The notes under the pieces were generated by a model. That model was not told where the DNA came from. It saw only the letters and a program-made list of their open reading frames with translations, and did not search any database. DNA of 63,962 nt, counting the filler, from Octopus bimaculoides (Eukaryota): assembly GCF_001194135.2 (NCBI RefSeq). It is 5 parts of 5 records of this genome, joined end to end, with 100 filler letters (N's around TTAATTAATTAA, not from the genome) between each part and the next. Parts side by side here need not be neighbours in the genome. Positions count along the whole stretch, not along the records: positions 1 to 23,401 come from NC_068981.1; 4 more parts are not named here. One strand, given 5' to 3'. Positions 11,101 through 23,401 of this stretch are shown in pieces (position 1 is the first letter of the stretch; each line of letters starts with the position of its first letter). Position numbers and translations under genes: made by a program.

Positions 11101-13499
11101 CAATAACACCCCTGTTAAATGAAATGATGCAGATTATAACCATTGCTATTAAATTCCTGTTAAATCTATAACTTGTTCCACTTCACTTCTAAACAGAGAT
11201 GACCATCTATCAAAAATTCAAACACTGCCATGCACTTGAAAGAAAATAACTTACGCGGCACCCACCGCCTCAAGCCTAACATTAAAATTACTTTTCTATT
11301 AATCAGTAAAAGAAAACGTCAGCATTCAAGAAGCCTGGTTAATGAATAGAGAGATCATCCCCGAGCAGCGGGACGACAAGGAACTCAGTGAACTTTAGCT
11401 CGATTTCTCTCGTCTAACCAGAAAGCAGACAGCTTAAGGTCAGGTTACGGAAGAAGAGCGGCTAACCGCCATTGGTTGAGATATCGTGACACCTATATTT
11501 TCCCAACATGTCAGGTATCTTCGCAATATGCAGAGAACCTCATGCTACAGTTTAGTCACTTCGATCCCGGGAAAGCTATGTAACTTTCCGTGAAGCTAGC
11601 GAAGTATACATCAGTTGGAGTTCGACTGTAAATCTGGAGATGTTAGAGATACCACACGAAACAAGTAAACGATGTGTGTGTGCATGTTTTTTTTTCTTTG
11701 TCTATCTTCCCATCTATATTCTTATATAATAGTAGTTTTATATACAGAGCAGGCATTTATACTGAGCATAACTAAAAACAAAGGGACTTGATAGCCTCTT
11801 TATCATACCGATATAATATTAACTCGAGACAAACACACTGAACCTGTATCCACAACGGATTCATTCGAAATAAAATAAAAAAGAAACATAGTAAATACAA
11901 GCCCTATGAGATACACGACTTCTGTTGAAATGAAAAATAGATGTGATAATGTAAATGGTACATTTTTCGGTTTGCTGTTGGAAGCTAAGTAAATGGCATT
12001 TTATTTAAATTTTCTTTCAAACTACGTGACTGTTAATTCATTAGTCTTTAACATACCATTCGAAAGCGATTCTTGTCACGATTCTTCCTGTTGGTCATGA
12101 TTTTAGTCTTACTTTTGCATTCTATGTTTCATTTCTTTGGAATTGTGAAGCTATTTAGCTTCTTGTTCCTTCCTTCAACATCTTCATTTTGGATTCGTTC
12201 AATTTTTTGTTTTGTTTTTTAATCTTTCATTTACTTTGTTCTTTTTTGTCTTCTTTCTTGTATTTCAATTTCATAGACTTCTCCCTTTTTATTTTCTATT
12301 TTTTCCTATCTTCTCTCTCTCCTCCATTTCTTTCTTTCCTTTTATCTTCCTCCTTTCCCCTCTCTCTCTCTCTCTTTCTTTCTTGTTCACACACACATTC
12401 ATTAACTTTAACTTTACTTTTTTTCTTGTAAGATGTATTTTTACTTTTCTTCCAAGTGTATTAAAAGCATAGGCGCGATGATACACCAAAAAATGTGATA
12501 ATAAAAGAAAAACAAGGAGTTTAATAGCTTTTCTAATTTAACTATATATTTCAAAAAGTGCTCGCAGATTTACATACGTGAAAATACACAACGTGCATTT
12601 TCATGTATACGTATACATATTCTGTTGATTAATCAAAGAAAGAAGAGTAATAGCCATGACCCTAGTAGGCTTTCTTGCGTTGGTGAGAATATAATTGATG
12701 TTAGAACATCTGTAAGTTGTCGGACGTCTACAGAATAAACGTAAGAGAAGGAGGAATTTCAAGAGTTTTGTAGATGTCGGCACCTCCTAAAATCTATGTA
12801 CTCTGGGAACGTATTAAAGCTCTTTTCGGGGCTACTTTATTTGAATTCTTACTATAGGATAATTAATTTCATGTTGTTACATAACTGACTTCACAATTTG
12901 GGTATTCATAATTTATTGGAAATTCCTAAAAACTAGATCCTTTGTAAAAGACAGTTCAGTATTCTCAATAAATATCCAAAAACCGTTTTAAGGGTTACAT
13001 ACTTTGTATTGTTGTTACTGGATTAGCGAAACAATTATGAGAACGGAACCAAGGGATAAGCCCAGCTTTCTCGGAAACTGATTGGGAAAACAATGCCTGT
13101 CATCGTCACAGATAGAGGAAGCATGTTAAGGAGGGGGTCGACACTTTTGAGAGAACACGTATCCAGCATAAAGAACTTAAGCATGCTGCGCGAAAGCGCA
13201 CNNNNNNNNNNNNNNNNNNNNNNNNNNNNNNNNNNNNNNNNNNNNNNNNNNNNNNNNNNNNNNNNNNNNNNNNNNNNNNNNNNNNNNNNNNNNNNNNNNN
13301 NNNNNNNNNNNNNNNNNNNNNNNNNNNNNNNNNNNNNNNNNNNNNNNNNNNNNNNNNNNNNNNNNNNNNNNNNNNNNNNNNNNNNNNNNNNNNNNNNNNN
13401 NNNNNNNNNNNNNNNNNNNNNNNNNNNNNNNNNNNNNNNNNNNNNNNNNNNNNNNNNNNNNNNNNNNNNNNNNNNNNNNNNGTTTAATATCTTTTTATA

Positions 13500-16016
13500 A
13501 ATATATACATATTAAATGGACGTCGTGAAATCCAACCGGTTTACGCTATTTAAATTAGCTTTTCAAGGGACATTGTACAGTAATCAATTCTCGTGACAGA
13601 GGGGTCTCGTCATTTTGGATGTTTGAAGAATAAGAAGAATGAGTCTAGAGAGTGTACCAAGGGAAGTAACAGGTGACAAGGGGGACAACTGGCTCCTTAG
13701 TATAATTTTTTTAATGGTCAAATTTGTATATTGAGGTGTGGTCTGTACTTTTGTATGAACAGGTTTTCTTTGTTTAGGCGTTCTTGTACTGAGATTGAAT
13801 CTTTGCACTGGTATAATGGGAACATATGAAAATTCGGCGTTTTATTACTTGCGCATCTGTCGATGTGTCCGCTCAATGCTGTCTGCCTGTGTTGAGGGAA
13901 ACGAATCTGTTCTTTATGTAGCGTGATTCTGCGTCTCAAAGTAGGGCTCGTTTGGCCCACATAATTGTGACCAAAAACTGAGCAGGTTAGGACATAGAGA
14001 AGGTTCTGGGAAGCACATGTGAAGTTGATCTTAATTGAGAATTTTTGTCCTTGCTGGAATATGAATTCCGAGCCTTCAGTTAAGTATGGGCCTGTACCAC
14101 AATTGGGTCGTCTGCATTTTTTAACTGTCGGCATCGTTTGTATTAAGTATAGTTTTGCATTATTAGAAGTCTCTTTAGTGATTTGTCTTGTCTTTTGCAT
14201 TTTAGTAGTTTGTGTGTATTTAGGATGCTGTTCATTTTCGGGTCTTGAGTAAGCAGAGGGAGATTTTGTATAACTGGATTGTATGCTTCATTGTTTCTGG
14301 GGTTGTGGGTTGATATGAATGGGAGTGATTTGAGCTGAGGTGTGGTGTTTTGTTTTGTTGTCCTTAGTGTGTTTGAGTCCAATTTCTTGGCACGTTTAAT
14401 TCCATGTTCTATAAGTGTAGGTGGGTATTGACGTTCGATGAGTGTTATTTTGAGTTTTTGTAGGCGAATTTCCCGAGCGGTTGCGTCAGATACAATTGTA
14501 CAGATCCTTTTTGCTAGATTGAATGGAGTATTGATTTTGGTGTGTTTAGGATGGCATGAACTGAAAAGGAGATACTGTTTTGAGTCTGTTGATTTGTAGT
14601 AAATGTCGGTTGCAATTTGGTTGTTGGACTTTTTAAAATCAAAATGTCCAGAAATGGGAGCTGTTCTTTACTATATTCCATTGTAAATTGGATGTTGGGG
14701 TTTATATTGTTCAGTGTGGATTTGAAATCCAGTTTATCATAGGTTTCATTCCAGATGATAAAACAATCGTCTAGGTAACTTTTCCAGTTTTCTCTTATAT
14801 ACTGGTCGAATGGGGTTCCAAATTTTTGGAGCGAAAGTTCATATAGGGTAGATTCAAAGAAACCCATTATTAGGTTCGCAAGGACAGGCGCTGCTTTCGT
14901 TCCCATCGCAATACCGCATTTTGGCGGTAGTATGTTGTATTGAATAGGAAGTAATTGTTTTGTAGGATGAACTTTAGGGATTCAATGACAAAAGTCTGGT
15001 TTATGCGATCCGGGTAAAGTTCGGGGTATTTTTCTAACAGAATTTTATTGCCTCTCTTCCATAGTCGTGTGGAATGTTAGTGTAGATGTTGATGACATCG
15101 AAGGAGACTAATAGAGCTTCTTCGTTGGTGGTTTTTGGTAGGTGCTCTAGCATGTCCAAATCGTCTCTAATGAAACTTTTAATGTATTTGAGGAAAGGTT
15201 TCAATAGTATATCCAGAAAGTTGCTTAAGCAATGTGTTTCACAGGCTGGGCCAGCAATAATAGGCCTTAATTTTAAGTCTTCTGGTGTTGGGATATTTAT
15301 GTATAGACATGGATTTGATTAGCAGGCATTAGTAATTATTTGACTCTTGTGGATTTGGGGGAGACCAAAGAATAGGCTTGGTTTGCATTTGAAGTTTGTG
15401 ATGTAGTCTTTTTCTTTTTCTGTGAATCCTTTTCCATGTTTGAGTATTAAAGTTACAAGACTTTTAAAAGTTTTTTGCTGCAAATTATAATTTGAAACTT
15501 TTTTATAAAATGAGTTATTTTCTAGTATGGACAATGCTAGGTTTTTATAGTATTCTGTGTCCACTACCTTTGTCTGCTTCTTTGATTGTCAGGTCTTTGT
15601 CGTTTTTTTAGCTGTAGTAGGTGCTTCCATTGTATGTTGTTGAAGTTAGGTACAATTTTTGGTTTATAGATAGTGTGAGGAAAATTCTGGATACGGTTGC
15701 AGAAGTCGTCTACTGTTTTATTCCTTCCTTTGGGTGGTAGATAATTACTTCTGTTTCTCACTAGTGATTCGTCATCGTTGTTGTAGCTGGTTAGTGCTTC
15801 TGTCAATCGAAGTTTTCTGCAGAATTCTGCAATATTATCTTTAATTTCATTGGCGTTGGGTCTACGTGGAGTGGGTGTAAATTTCAAACCTTTAGCTAAA
15901 ATATGGATTTTTGTTGTGGAGAGAATGTTCTTAGATAAATTGATTATTTGGGGTTTCTCCCGTAAGATATGTTCCAACGTGTGTCCTTTGTCACGTGGTA
16001 TATACTGAATCTACAG
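13500..16016 (-). pseudogene. Near full-length Penelope-like retroelement (N-terminal domain, RT, linker, GIY-YIG), Neptune-like, frameshifted
   Basis: IINLSKNILS..ILAKGLKFTPTP, FFGLPQIHK, GIAMGTKAAPVLANLIMG, WKSYLDDCFIIW, FTME..LPFLDILI, KCRRPNC, TCASQNLLYVLTC..NYVGQTSPTLRRRITLH. TA-rich sequence at both ends. Confidence 0.92.
13531..13571 (-). ncRNA. Hammerhead-like motif in the PLE 3' UTR (U3-A8 core variant, degenerate)
   Basis: Minus strand: gtccc-TTGAAAA-gcta-atttaaa-tagc-G(t)AAAC-cg-GTT-gga, with palindromic aaccggtt. It lies where PLE pLTR hammerheads are expected. Confidence 0.45.
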
Positions 16017-16049
16017 TATATTTTTATATATATATACATATATATGTGT

Positions 16050-16290
16050 GTAGAACGAAGACAGTCGTATATATGTGCATATTTGTGTGTCTGTGTTTGT
16101 ACCCCCACCATTGCTTGACAACCGATGTTACTGTGTTTACGTTCACATAAATTAGCGGTTTGGCCTAACACACTGATAGAATAAGTACTAGGCTTACAAA
16201 GAATAAATCACGTGGTCGATTTGTTCGGTTAAAGGCAGTGCTCCATCATGGCCGCAGTCACATGACTGAAGAAACATGTAAAACAATAGA
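16050..16290 (+). mobile_element. SINE family A, 3' half
   Basis: gtgtttgtacccc..gcttgacaaccgatg..gaataagtactaggcttacaaagaataa..catggccgcagtca..tgactgaa. Confidence 0.8.
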
Positions 16291-16351
16291 AAAACTATGC
16301 CATTTTAATCCCGAGCAAGGTTGGGTATATCTGATAGTTATTATCATTATT

Positions 16352-16476
16352 AAAGCGGTGAGTTGGCAGAATCGTTAGAATGCCGGGCGAAATGCTTAGC
16401 GCCATTTCGCCCGTCGCTAACTCAAATTTAGAGTCGATGAAATAAATACCAGTGAGGTACTGGACTCGATGTAACC
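16352..16476 (+). mobile_element. SINE family B, 5' part
   Basis: aaagcggtgagttggcagaatcgttagaatgccgggcgaaatgcttagc, preceded by (ATT)-rich sequence. Confidence 0.75.
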
Positions 16477-17829
16477 CTACATAAATACAGCAAGTGAAGT
16501 TATGTGGAGATGCAGTAGCTACAATAAAACGCTCGCGCATATGCACGCATACATTCCCAACAGAAGGAGGGAAAGGAAAGTTTGAATTGAGAGCTAGGGA
16601 AAGCAGTTCCAATATCTCTTCCTTCACAAGTGAAGCTGCGAATTAAAATCTCCTGGCGGAGAAAAAATATATCATAAATCAGACAAGGTAGAAGCTATAG
16701 AATATTCAAAACAGATGACGAAGCGAAAATACTGGCAAGGCTAGTGCATTACGCACCTGCTCAAAAGCTTATAACACAATACTTGAGCGGCATAGAAAAA
16801 GGGTCGCAGTAAATGATATGGTGAAAACTTTGACTCTTGACGCGTAGTCATTTTTTGATGTAGTATAGGCAACGCCTATGCAATCAAAGACCCATTTTCT
16901 ACACATGTTGCAAGCTGGGGAAAGTAACAATTACCATAGCCTCGAGTAGACTGAAACCTTGTGAGCGAAATTAAATGGACGGAAAATGTTTGCAGTTGCC
17001 CGTCGGATTGACTACATCTATAATTTAAAGGGTTATCCTTGTCATATGCAACCCCTGGCTGATTCTACATGGCGATTATCTGAAGAGTACAAATATCCAT
17101 GAAATCCTCAACTGTACACTCAATAATTTAATCAATAAATAGTTTAGTTGATTAAAAACCAGGAATTGTCAGCACCGAATTTGAAAGATGATCAATTTAC
17201 TTATTTATATGCGTGTTAAGATGTAATGTTATTATGTAAATAAGTAGTTAACAGTTAATATATGAGAAATCGTCAAAAATCAAATAAATTTGCACATTGC
17301 AAAGCCTGGTGAAATAACAATGTTAACTCATTCCTGCCATGTTTTTGGTGTACGGATAACAGAAATGACATTAAAAGTCAAAAAGACTAGCTGTACTGTG
17401 CATAAAATATATATTGTTAAATTAATGACAATTCATCAAAAGCATAAACCTGCAAATTAAGCTACCCACTACTGTGCTCACCTAATTTATATCTGCTATA
17501 TATAGTGGAAGAATATCCTTTGTTTTTGAGTGGGAAAGGAGGGCAGAAACGTCATCCTTGAAAAGCAATCAGCTAACTGCGAAACAGGCCACCAAGGGAC
17601 TCGGTCATTTTTTCCGTGCATCAGACACAAAGAGAGAATGTTTACATTCTTATTTCACCCACAACCAGGCATTGCAATCTCTAAATATTATTATGTGCAC
17701 GTGTTCTACGCCCCGAAACTTTAAGTAGTAAACAATTGAGTCAAACTGTTACTGAATACTCCAACTAAATGTGATGGGTGCTACTTTCTTCTGCTCGTTC
17801 AGTCATTTGTGGTTATGTATATGTATATA

Positions 17830-18072
17830 GACCCACAAATACGAGAGGGTTCGCCATGATAGATCGCTGACCACTACATTTATATTTTTTTCTCCTTGTT
17901 TCACTCCTTGTTTCTCTCCTTGTTTCTCTCCTTATTTCTTTGTGTTCCTTTCAGTTGAAGAGCGTAGCTCGAAACGTCAAAGACTTTCTCTATACCCGAG
18001 CGTTAAACTAATACATCCATTTGTTGTTTACACCACCTGTCTTCGTCTGTTGTTTTTTTCGTAAATTCTCCC
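17830..18072 (+). mobile_element. Short hammerhead-bearing PLE pseudo-LTR-like element in (TA)n
   Basis: cttt-CAGTTGA-a-gagc-gta-gctc-GAAAC-GTC-aaag at 17948-17982. TA-rich on the left, (AT)n immediately on the right. Same family as 32848-33036. Confidence 0.65.
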
Positions 18073-18671
18073 ATATATATATATATATATATATATATAA
18101 GTGTATATGCATAAATGTATATGTTCATCGTTGTAGTTATATATGNNNNNNNNNNNNNNNNNNNNNNNNNNNNNNNNNNNNNNNNNNNNNNNNNNNNNNN
18201 NNNNNNNNNNNNNNNNNNNNNNNNNNNNNNNNNNNNNNNNNNNNNNNNNNNNNNNNNNNNNNNNNNNNNNNNNNNNNNNNNNNNNNNNNNNNNNNNNNNN
18301 NNNNNNNNNNNNNNNNNNNNNNNNNNNNNNNNNNNNNNNNNNNNNNNNNNNNNNNNNNNNNNNNNNNNNNNNNNNNNNNNNNNNNNNNNNNNNNNNNNNN
18401 NNNNNNNNNNNNNNNNNNNNNNNNNNNNNNNNNNNNNNNNNNNNNNNNNNNNNNNNNNNNNNNNNNNNNNNNNNNNNNNNNNNNNNNNNNNNNNNNNNNN
18501 NNNNNNNNNNNNNNNNNNNNNNNNNNNNNNNNNNNNNNNNNNNNNNNNNNNNNNNNNNNNNNNNNNNNNNNNNNNNNNNNNNNNNNNNNNNNNNNNNNNN
18601 NNNNNNNNNNNNNNNNNNNNNNNNNNNNNNNNNNNNNNNNNNNNNNNNNNNNNNNNNNNNNNNTATATATA

Positions 18672-18754
18672 GTAAATCCCCCCAAAAAACGAAGAAACAC
18701 AAAAAATAAAAACGTGAGGACGTGGTACGTGTAAAGTATTAGCAGACGCTCGTG
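18672..18754 (-). mobile_element. 5'-truncated copy of the 8340-8550 pLTR-like family
   Basis: Minus strand cgagcgtctgctaatac..cacgtcctcacgtt.. ends at (TA)n, matching 8479-8550. Confidence 0.6.
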
Positions 18755-18902
18755 ATTAGGAAGCATTATGTTCACCAACTATATAGGTTATGTATATATA
18801 CAAAAGTAATATGGTGTTGTAATTGTATGCAATTCATTTTCATGTTATGTAATAGAGGGAAATGAAGGTGGAAAGCAAATATATAATTATATAAATATAT
18901 GA

Positions 18903-19285
18903 TTATATAAATTTAGAAAAAGTGTATTTATGTGCATGCAAACATTGGTAAAGTTTTTCTGATTTATCATTCAAGAGATTGTGCTTAGAGAATAAGATAT
19001 GATACGTTTCATCTAGGTAGAATGAACATGTCTTAGCTAGTGGTTTATAGGGTAGAGTATTATTTAGAACTTTCCATCTAATTTCATAGGCTTTATTACT
19101 AGCAATAAGTTTCCAAATAAATTTACTAGGGCTTGTGCTATTGCGCTTATTAATATTTCGCTTCATGGTTCGCGATACCATATTTCACGTAACACGATGA
19201 TGCTCCAAGATAAAAGACATATTTACCTTCATATTCAAATGTGGCTTGGTATACTAGGTTTTTGGGTTTACAGTAACAAAAGTAT
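18903..19285 (-). pseudogene. GIY-YIG endonuclease of a second PLE lineage
   Basis: CKPKNLVYQATFEY..FYLG..K..IANH / STSPSKFIWKL..YEIRWKV..PY..C..E..I..LLNDKSE..C.HAHK. Confidence 0.75.
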
Positions 19286-19659
19286 AAAGGGGTGTAGTTA
19301 CTTCTATTTAGGACTAATGATTCCTCCTCGTTGTATTTATCGGCGAGTCGTAATTTCAAATCGGTTCAACGTTTTACAGTGAAAAACAACTTCACATGTG
19401 CTTCGGAAAATCTAATATATGTATTAACTTGCTTAGGATGTCGAGAGCAATACATAGGCCAAAACAAAAACAGTCTACACTACATTGATCCCAGATAAAA
19501 ATTCGGGAATACTTCGACATTTGCACCACTAACGAACAATCCAACTTCAGAATTTTCCTCTCTATAAATTCAGGGACGATGCAACCATTAATCAGCGCAT
19601 TTGAATCCCTCTACCATAAATAACACTATTATAAAGGCTTTAGAATAATACCCACGCAA
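19286..19659. mobile_element. Neptune-like PLE fragment with an inverted 5' segment
   Basis: 19286-19360 (minus) encodes KLRLADKYNEEESLVLNRSNYTP, homologous to the N-terminus of the 13.5-16 kb element. 19363-19659 (plus) is a GIY-YIG 3' fragment closely matching 10508-11100. Confidence 0.7.
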
Positions 19660-19802
19660 ATATTTAAAACGATATATTCAGAACACAACAATTCCAATCA
19701 CTACTACTATAACCACAATAGGTCACTTTTAGGCCACTTGACCATTTAAGATCATTTCACCAACAACCTACTGCTGTCATATCACTCACGTATTTTTCTT
19801 AT

Positions 19803-19876
19803 TTCTCTTCTTTTCCCACTCCTTCTTCTTCTTCTTCTTCTTCTTCTTCTTCCCACTTCTTCTTCTTCTTCTTCCC

Positions 19877-19907
<31 letters not shown>

Positions 19908-19968
19908 CTTCTTCTTCTTCTTCTTCTTCTTCTTCTTCTTCTTCTTCTTCTTCTTCTTCTTCTTCTTC
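19803..19968. repeat. (CTT)n microsatellite
   Basis: Directly visible. Confidence 0.95.
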
Positions 19969-20244
19969 CTCGGCTACCGCTGCTTAAACAATCAAAACCA
20001 AGAACCCACATCCCTCATATTGAACATTCCTTCAAACCTGCTACTTCCCACCTGCCGGGCCTTCCCAAAAATAAAAGAGAGATACAAAAAAGGGAAGTGT
20101 CCCATGTATTTGAAGACTAACGAAATATTTTCAAAAAACATTTCAATTAATTTTTCCACTGTTTTTCACATAAAGACTGAAACAGGTACTAAAATGTTCT
20201 TCATGATAAAATTATTTTAGCGTTTTCTACCTTGTCCTTTTTTC

Positions 20245-21892
20245 CTTCATCCCATAAATAATGCGGTTTTTCGATTGCATGAACTAAAAGCTGGAGGGGG
20301 ACGGGATAAACTACCTGCATCAACTTGCTATAAAAGCAGGTAGTAATTTTACCTTGTCTTTACTCTTAGTGCAAGTTTTGAAGAGTGCAGTTCGATTTTA
20401 ACAGTTATTTTTTCAAAACTATAATGGAAATGACAAAAGAGCACGTTCGGCACATTTTGCTTTAAGAGTTCAATAAAAGCAACAACGCAACGGAAAGTGT
20501 GAAGAATATGAATGTAGTTTATGGGGATCGGACAATAAGAGTAAGCCAGTGTCAAAGGTGGTTCCAGAAATTCCGAGCCGGAAACAACAGCCTAGAAGGT
20601 GAGCCATATGCTGGAATATTTGTAGAGCTCGACAAGGACGTCCTACAAACTCTGGTGGAACAAAACCCATCGTAACTGTTGAGAAAATAGCAGAGAAGCT
20701 TGGATTTGGTCATTCAAACATTCATCGACACCTGCGTGCCATTGGAAAAGTCAGCAAATTGGGTCGATGGGTCCCCACAAACTTTCCGAGTGTAATCATG
20801 CGCAGAGAGTGAATGTGTGTGCTTCTTTGCTGCCTCGTCTTCCGAATGAACCTTTTTAGTGGCTGGTGACGAGAAATGGGNNNNNNNNNNNNNNNNNNNN
20901 NNNNNNNNNNNNNNNNNNNNNNNNNNNNNNNNNNCAGCATCCCACGTAATGTGTTGTTATCTGTTTGTTGAGATATGAAAACTTTAGTCTATGTTTGAAC
21001 TTTTAAACCCAAACCAAACGATAAAAAATTGGACCTACTGCGAGCAGCTTGAGCGGCTTAAGTCAGCACTAGAATAAAAACAACCATCTTTGGTCTTAAG
21101 ACGAAAATTATTCTCCCATCAGGATAAAGCTCGGCCACATACAGCGAGGATAACATTCCGAAGGGTGGAGCTGTTTGAAAGGGAAATGATGCCCCACCTA
21201 TCGTATTCACCGGATATTGCCCCGTCTGATTATCATTTATTCCGCAATCTTCAAGATCATTAGAACGGAAAAAATATGAATCTTGTAGACGAGATCAGAA
21301 CAATACTGGAGGAGTATTNNNNNNNNNNTGCCTCGTCTTCCGAATGAACCTTTTTAGTGGCTGGTGACGAGAAATGGGTTCTCTATAAAAATGTCAAGTG
21401 GGTAAGGAAAGGAGAAATACCAGCATCCCACGTAATGTGTTGTTATCTGTTTGTTGAGATATGAAAACTTTAGTCTATGTTTGAACTTTTAAACCCAAAC
21501 CAAACGATAAAAAATCGGACCTACTGCAAGCAGCTTGAGCGGCTTAAGTCAGCACTAGAATAAAACAACCATCTTTGGTCTTAAGACGAAAAGTATTCTT
21601 CCATCAGGATAAAGCTCGGCCACATACAGCAAGGATAACATTCCGAAGGCTGGAACTGTTTGAAAGGGAAATGATGCCCCACCTATCATATTCACCGGAT
21701 ATTGCCCCATCTGATTATCATTTATTCCGCAATCTTCAAAATCATTAGAACGTAAAAAATATGAATCTTGTAGACGAGATCAGAACAATACTGGAGGAGT
21801 ATTTTTCGTCACGGACAAATGAATTTTGGAAGAGAAGCCTTGCAAGTCTAACAGATAGATGGAAGAGCATTGTAAAAATGAAGGAGAGTATA
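20245..21892 (+). mobile_element. Mariner (DD34D-type) transposon, degenerate; its middle part appears twice across a 10-N gap
   Basis: ATG at 20424: MEMTKEHVRHILL*EFNK..RWFQKFRAG..LGRWVPH..VAGDEKW..HQDKARPH..YSPDIAPSDYHLFR..RWKSIV. Probable left TIR near 20245; the right end is lost in a gap. Confidence 0.9.
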
Positions 21893-22260
21893 NNNNNNNN
21901 NNNNNNNNNNNNNNNNNNNNNNNNNNNNNNNNNNNNNNNNNNNNNNNNNNNNNNNNNNNNNNNNNNNNNNNNNNNNNNNNNNNNNNNNNNNNNNNNNNNN
22001 NNNNNNNNNNNNNNNNNNNNNNNNNNNNNNNNNNNNNNNNNNNNNNNNNNNNNNNNNNNNNNNNNNNNNNNNNNNNNNNNNNNNNNNNNNNNNNNNNNNN
22101 NNNNNNNNNNNNNNNNNNNNNNNNNNNNNNNNNNNNNNNNNNNNNNNNNNNNNNNNNNNNNNNNNNNNNNNNNNNNNNNTACACCGTTGTGGACTGGGTT
22201 GGAAAGAGCTGCCAAAATTGTACTATGAATATTGAAAGTCATTCACTTAGATTGCATTGA

Positions 22261-23381
22261 ACAATTTACAGGTCATATTATGCTTCCTGCTGCAGAAATA
22301 GCAGAACACCATCAAAGGAAAGAGGCGTGGTATGCTGACCAAAGGAGTGTGCAAAAATAGTCCTGGTGCCAACTGCAAAGCCAGAAATGTAGTCTACAAA
22401 ATAAGCTGTATGGATGGTGAGTGTAAAAACAGAAACGCGACATAGATAGGTGAAACGGCAAGAAGTTTGGCTGAGCGTGTAAACGAACATTGGAGGGACT
22501 ATAATAATCAAAAACAAACCTCGGTGCTCTACCAGCATGCCAAAGAACAACATGGTGGTGTACTGGACAGAATTAGCATAGAAATCCTGTCTAGACACCC
22601 CGGTGACGCATCGTTGCGACAAATACAGTCCGTCCTCATAACTGAAACGCAACCAATTTTAAACACCAATACGAAACAAACAATACGAAAATAACCTAGT
22701 TTATCTATACGCTACAAAATTTTCATTTTCAAAGTATAACTAAATATTTACAAGGACAGTGTTAGCTCCCTCTTCACCAAAACTTAGAGTTACTCCCCTT
22801 TACTTACACCATAACATCCGCTTGATTTAACAACAACCATGTGCATAATGCGCTTGACTAAGATTGGAATTACAGACTTAAACAGCACCCACCCTACCTC
22901 TCCTTCGCAGAAATATTATTAACGCTGATTTCAACTAAAATGTAAGACTCACTATGCCTTACCTCTATTCTCACACCACTATATGCATTTTTTTACATTA
23001 GTATATCCTCCACCTTTCTATACCTTCATCGCTCACACCATGCATTTAAACAGACTTCTCAGCATTCTGAAGAGATCTGCCAATTAAATTGGCAAATCGA
23101 AACGATCGTAAATGTAACATTACATAATCTCTACTTANNNNNNNNNNCAATTAAATTGGCAAATCGAAACGATCGTAAATGTAACATTACATAATCTCTA
23201 CTTAATTGATTAAATTAATGGCTAACTAGTGCAATCGACCTGCTTCTTCCTGTATTTGCTTCTCTATTCTTGATTATACTTATAAACTACGGTTTACACG
23301 ATAAATTACCTGCCTCTGGATACCTTTTAACAAAGACGGTACTGACACAGGAAATCTCCAGGAGCGCCTTCGGCTAATCCC
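22261..23381 (+). mobile_element. 3' end of a third PLE lineage (GIY-YIG, tentatively Naiad-like) with 3' UTR/pLTR ending at (TA)n
   Basis: CKARNVVYKISC..C..T*IGETARSLAERVNEH..VLYQH..H..IEILSRHPGDASLRQIQ..I..QPILN, with the stop at 22694. A hammerhead follows downstream. Confidence 0.8.
23062..23115 (+). ncRNA. Type I hammerhead ribozyme with intact core
   Basis: Stem I gcatt (23062-66) / aatgt (23111-15); CTGAAGA (23067-73); stem II gat-c-tgccaat-taa-attggca-a-atc; GAAAC; palindromic stem III ac-gatc-gt; GUA triplet with predicted cleavage after 23110. Confidence 0.8.
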
Positions 23382-23401
23382 TATATATTTATGATTATAT
23401 A

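Noticed and set aside
11633-11670. ctggagatg...cgaaacaagta hammerhead-like string
   Set aside because: Stems I and II pair poorly. A similar weak string at 35119-35167 (ctgatgagc...gctaaa) lacks GAAA.
20826-21800. Apparent tandem duplication inside the mariner
   Set aside because: The copies abut a 10-N gap and differ at only scattered sites, which is most simply overlapping contig ends from two haplotypes.
22261-23381. Selenocysteine/SECIS, as reported for some Naiad PLEs
   Set aside because: The in-frame stop in the GIY-YIG is TAG at the Tyr of YIG, not TGA at a Cys. I found no convincing AUGA..AA..GA SECIS hairpin. A SECISearch run on a family consensus would be decisive.
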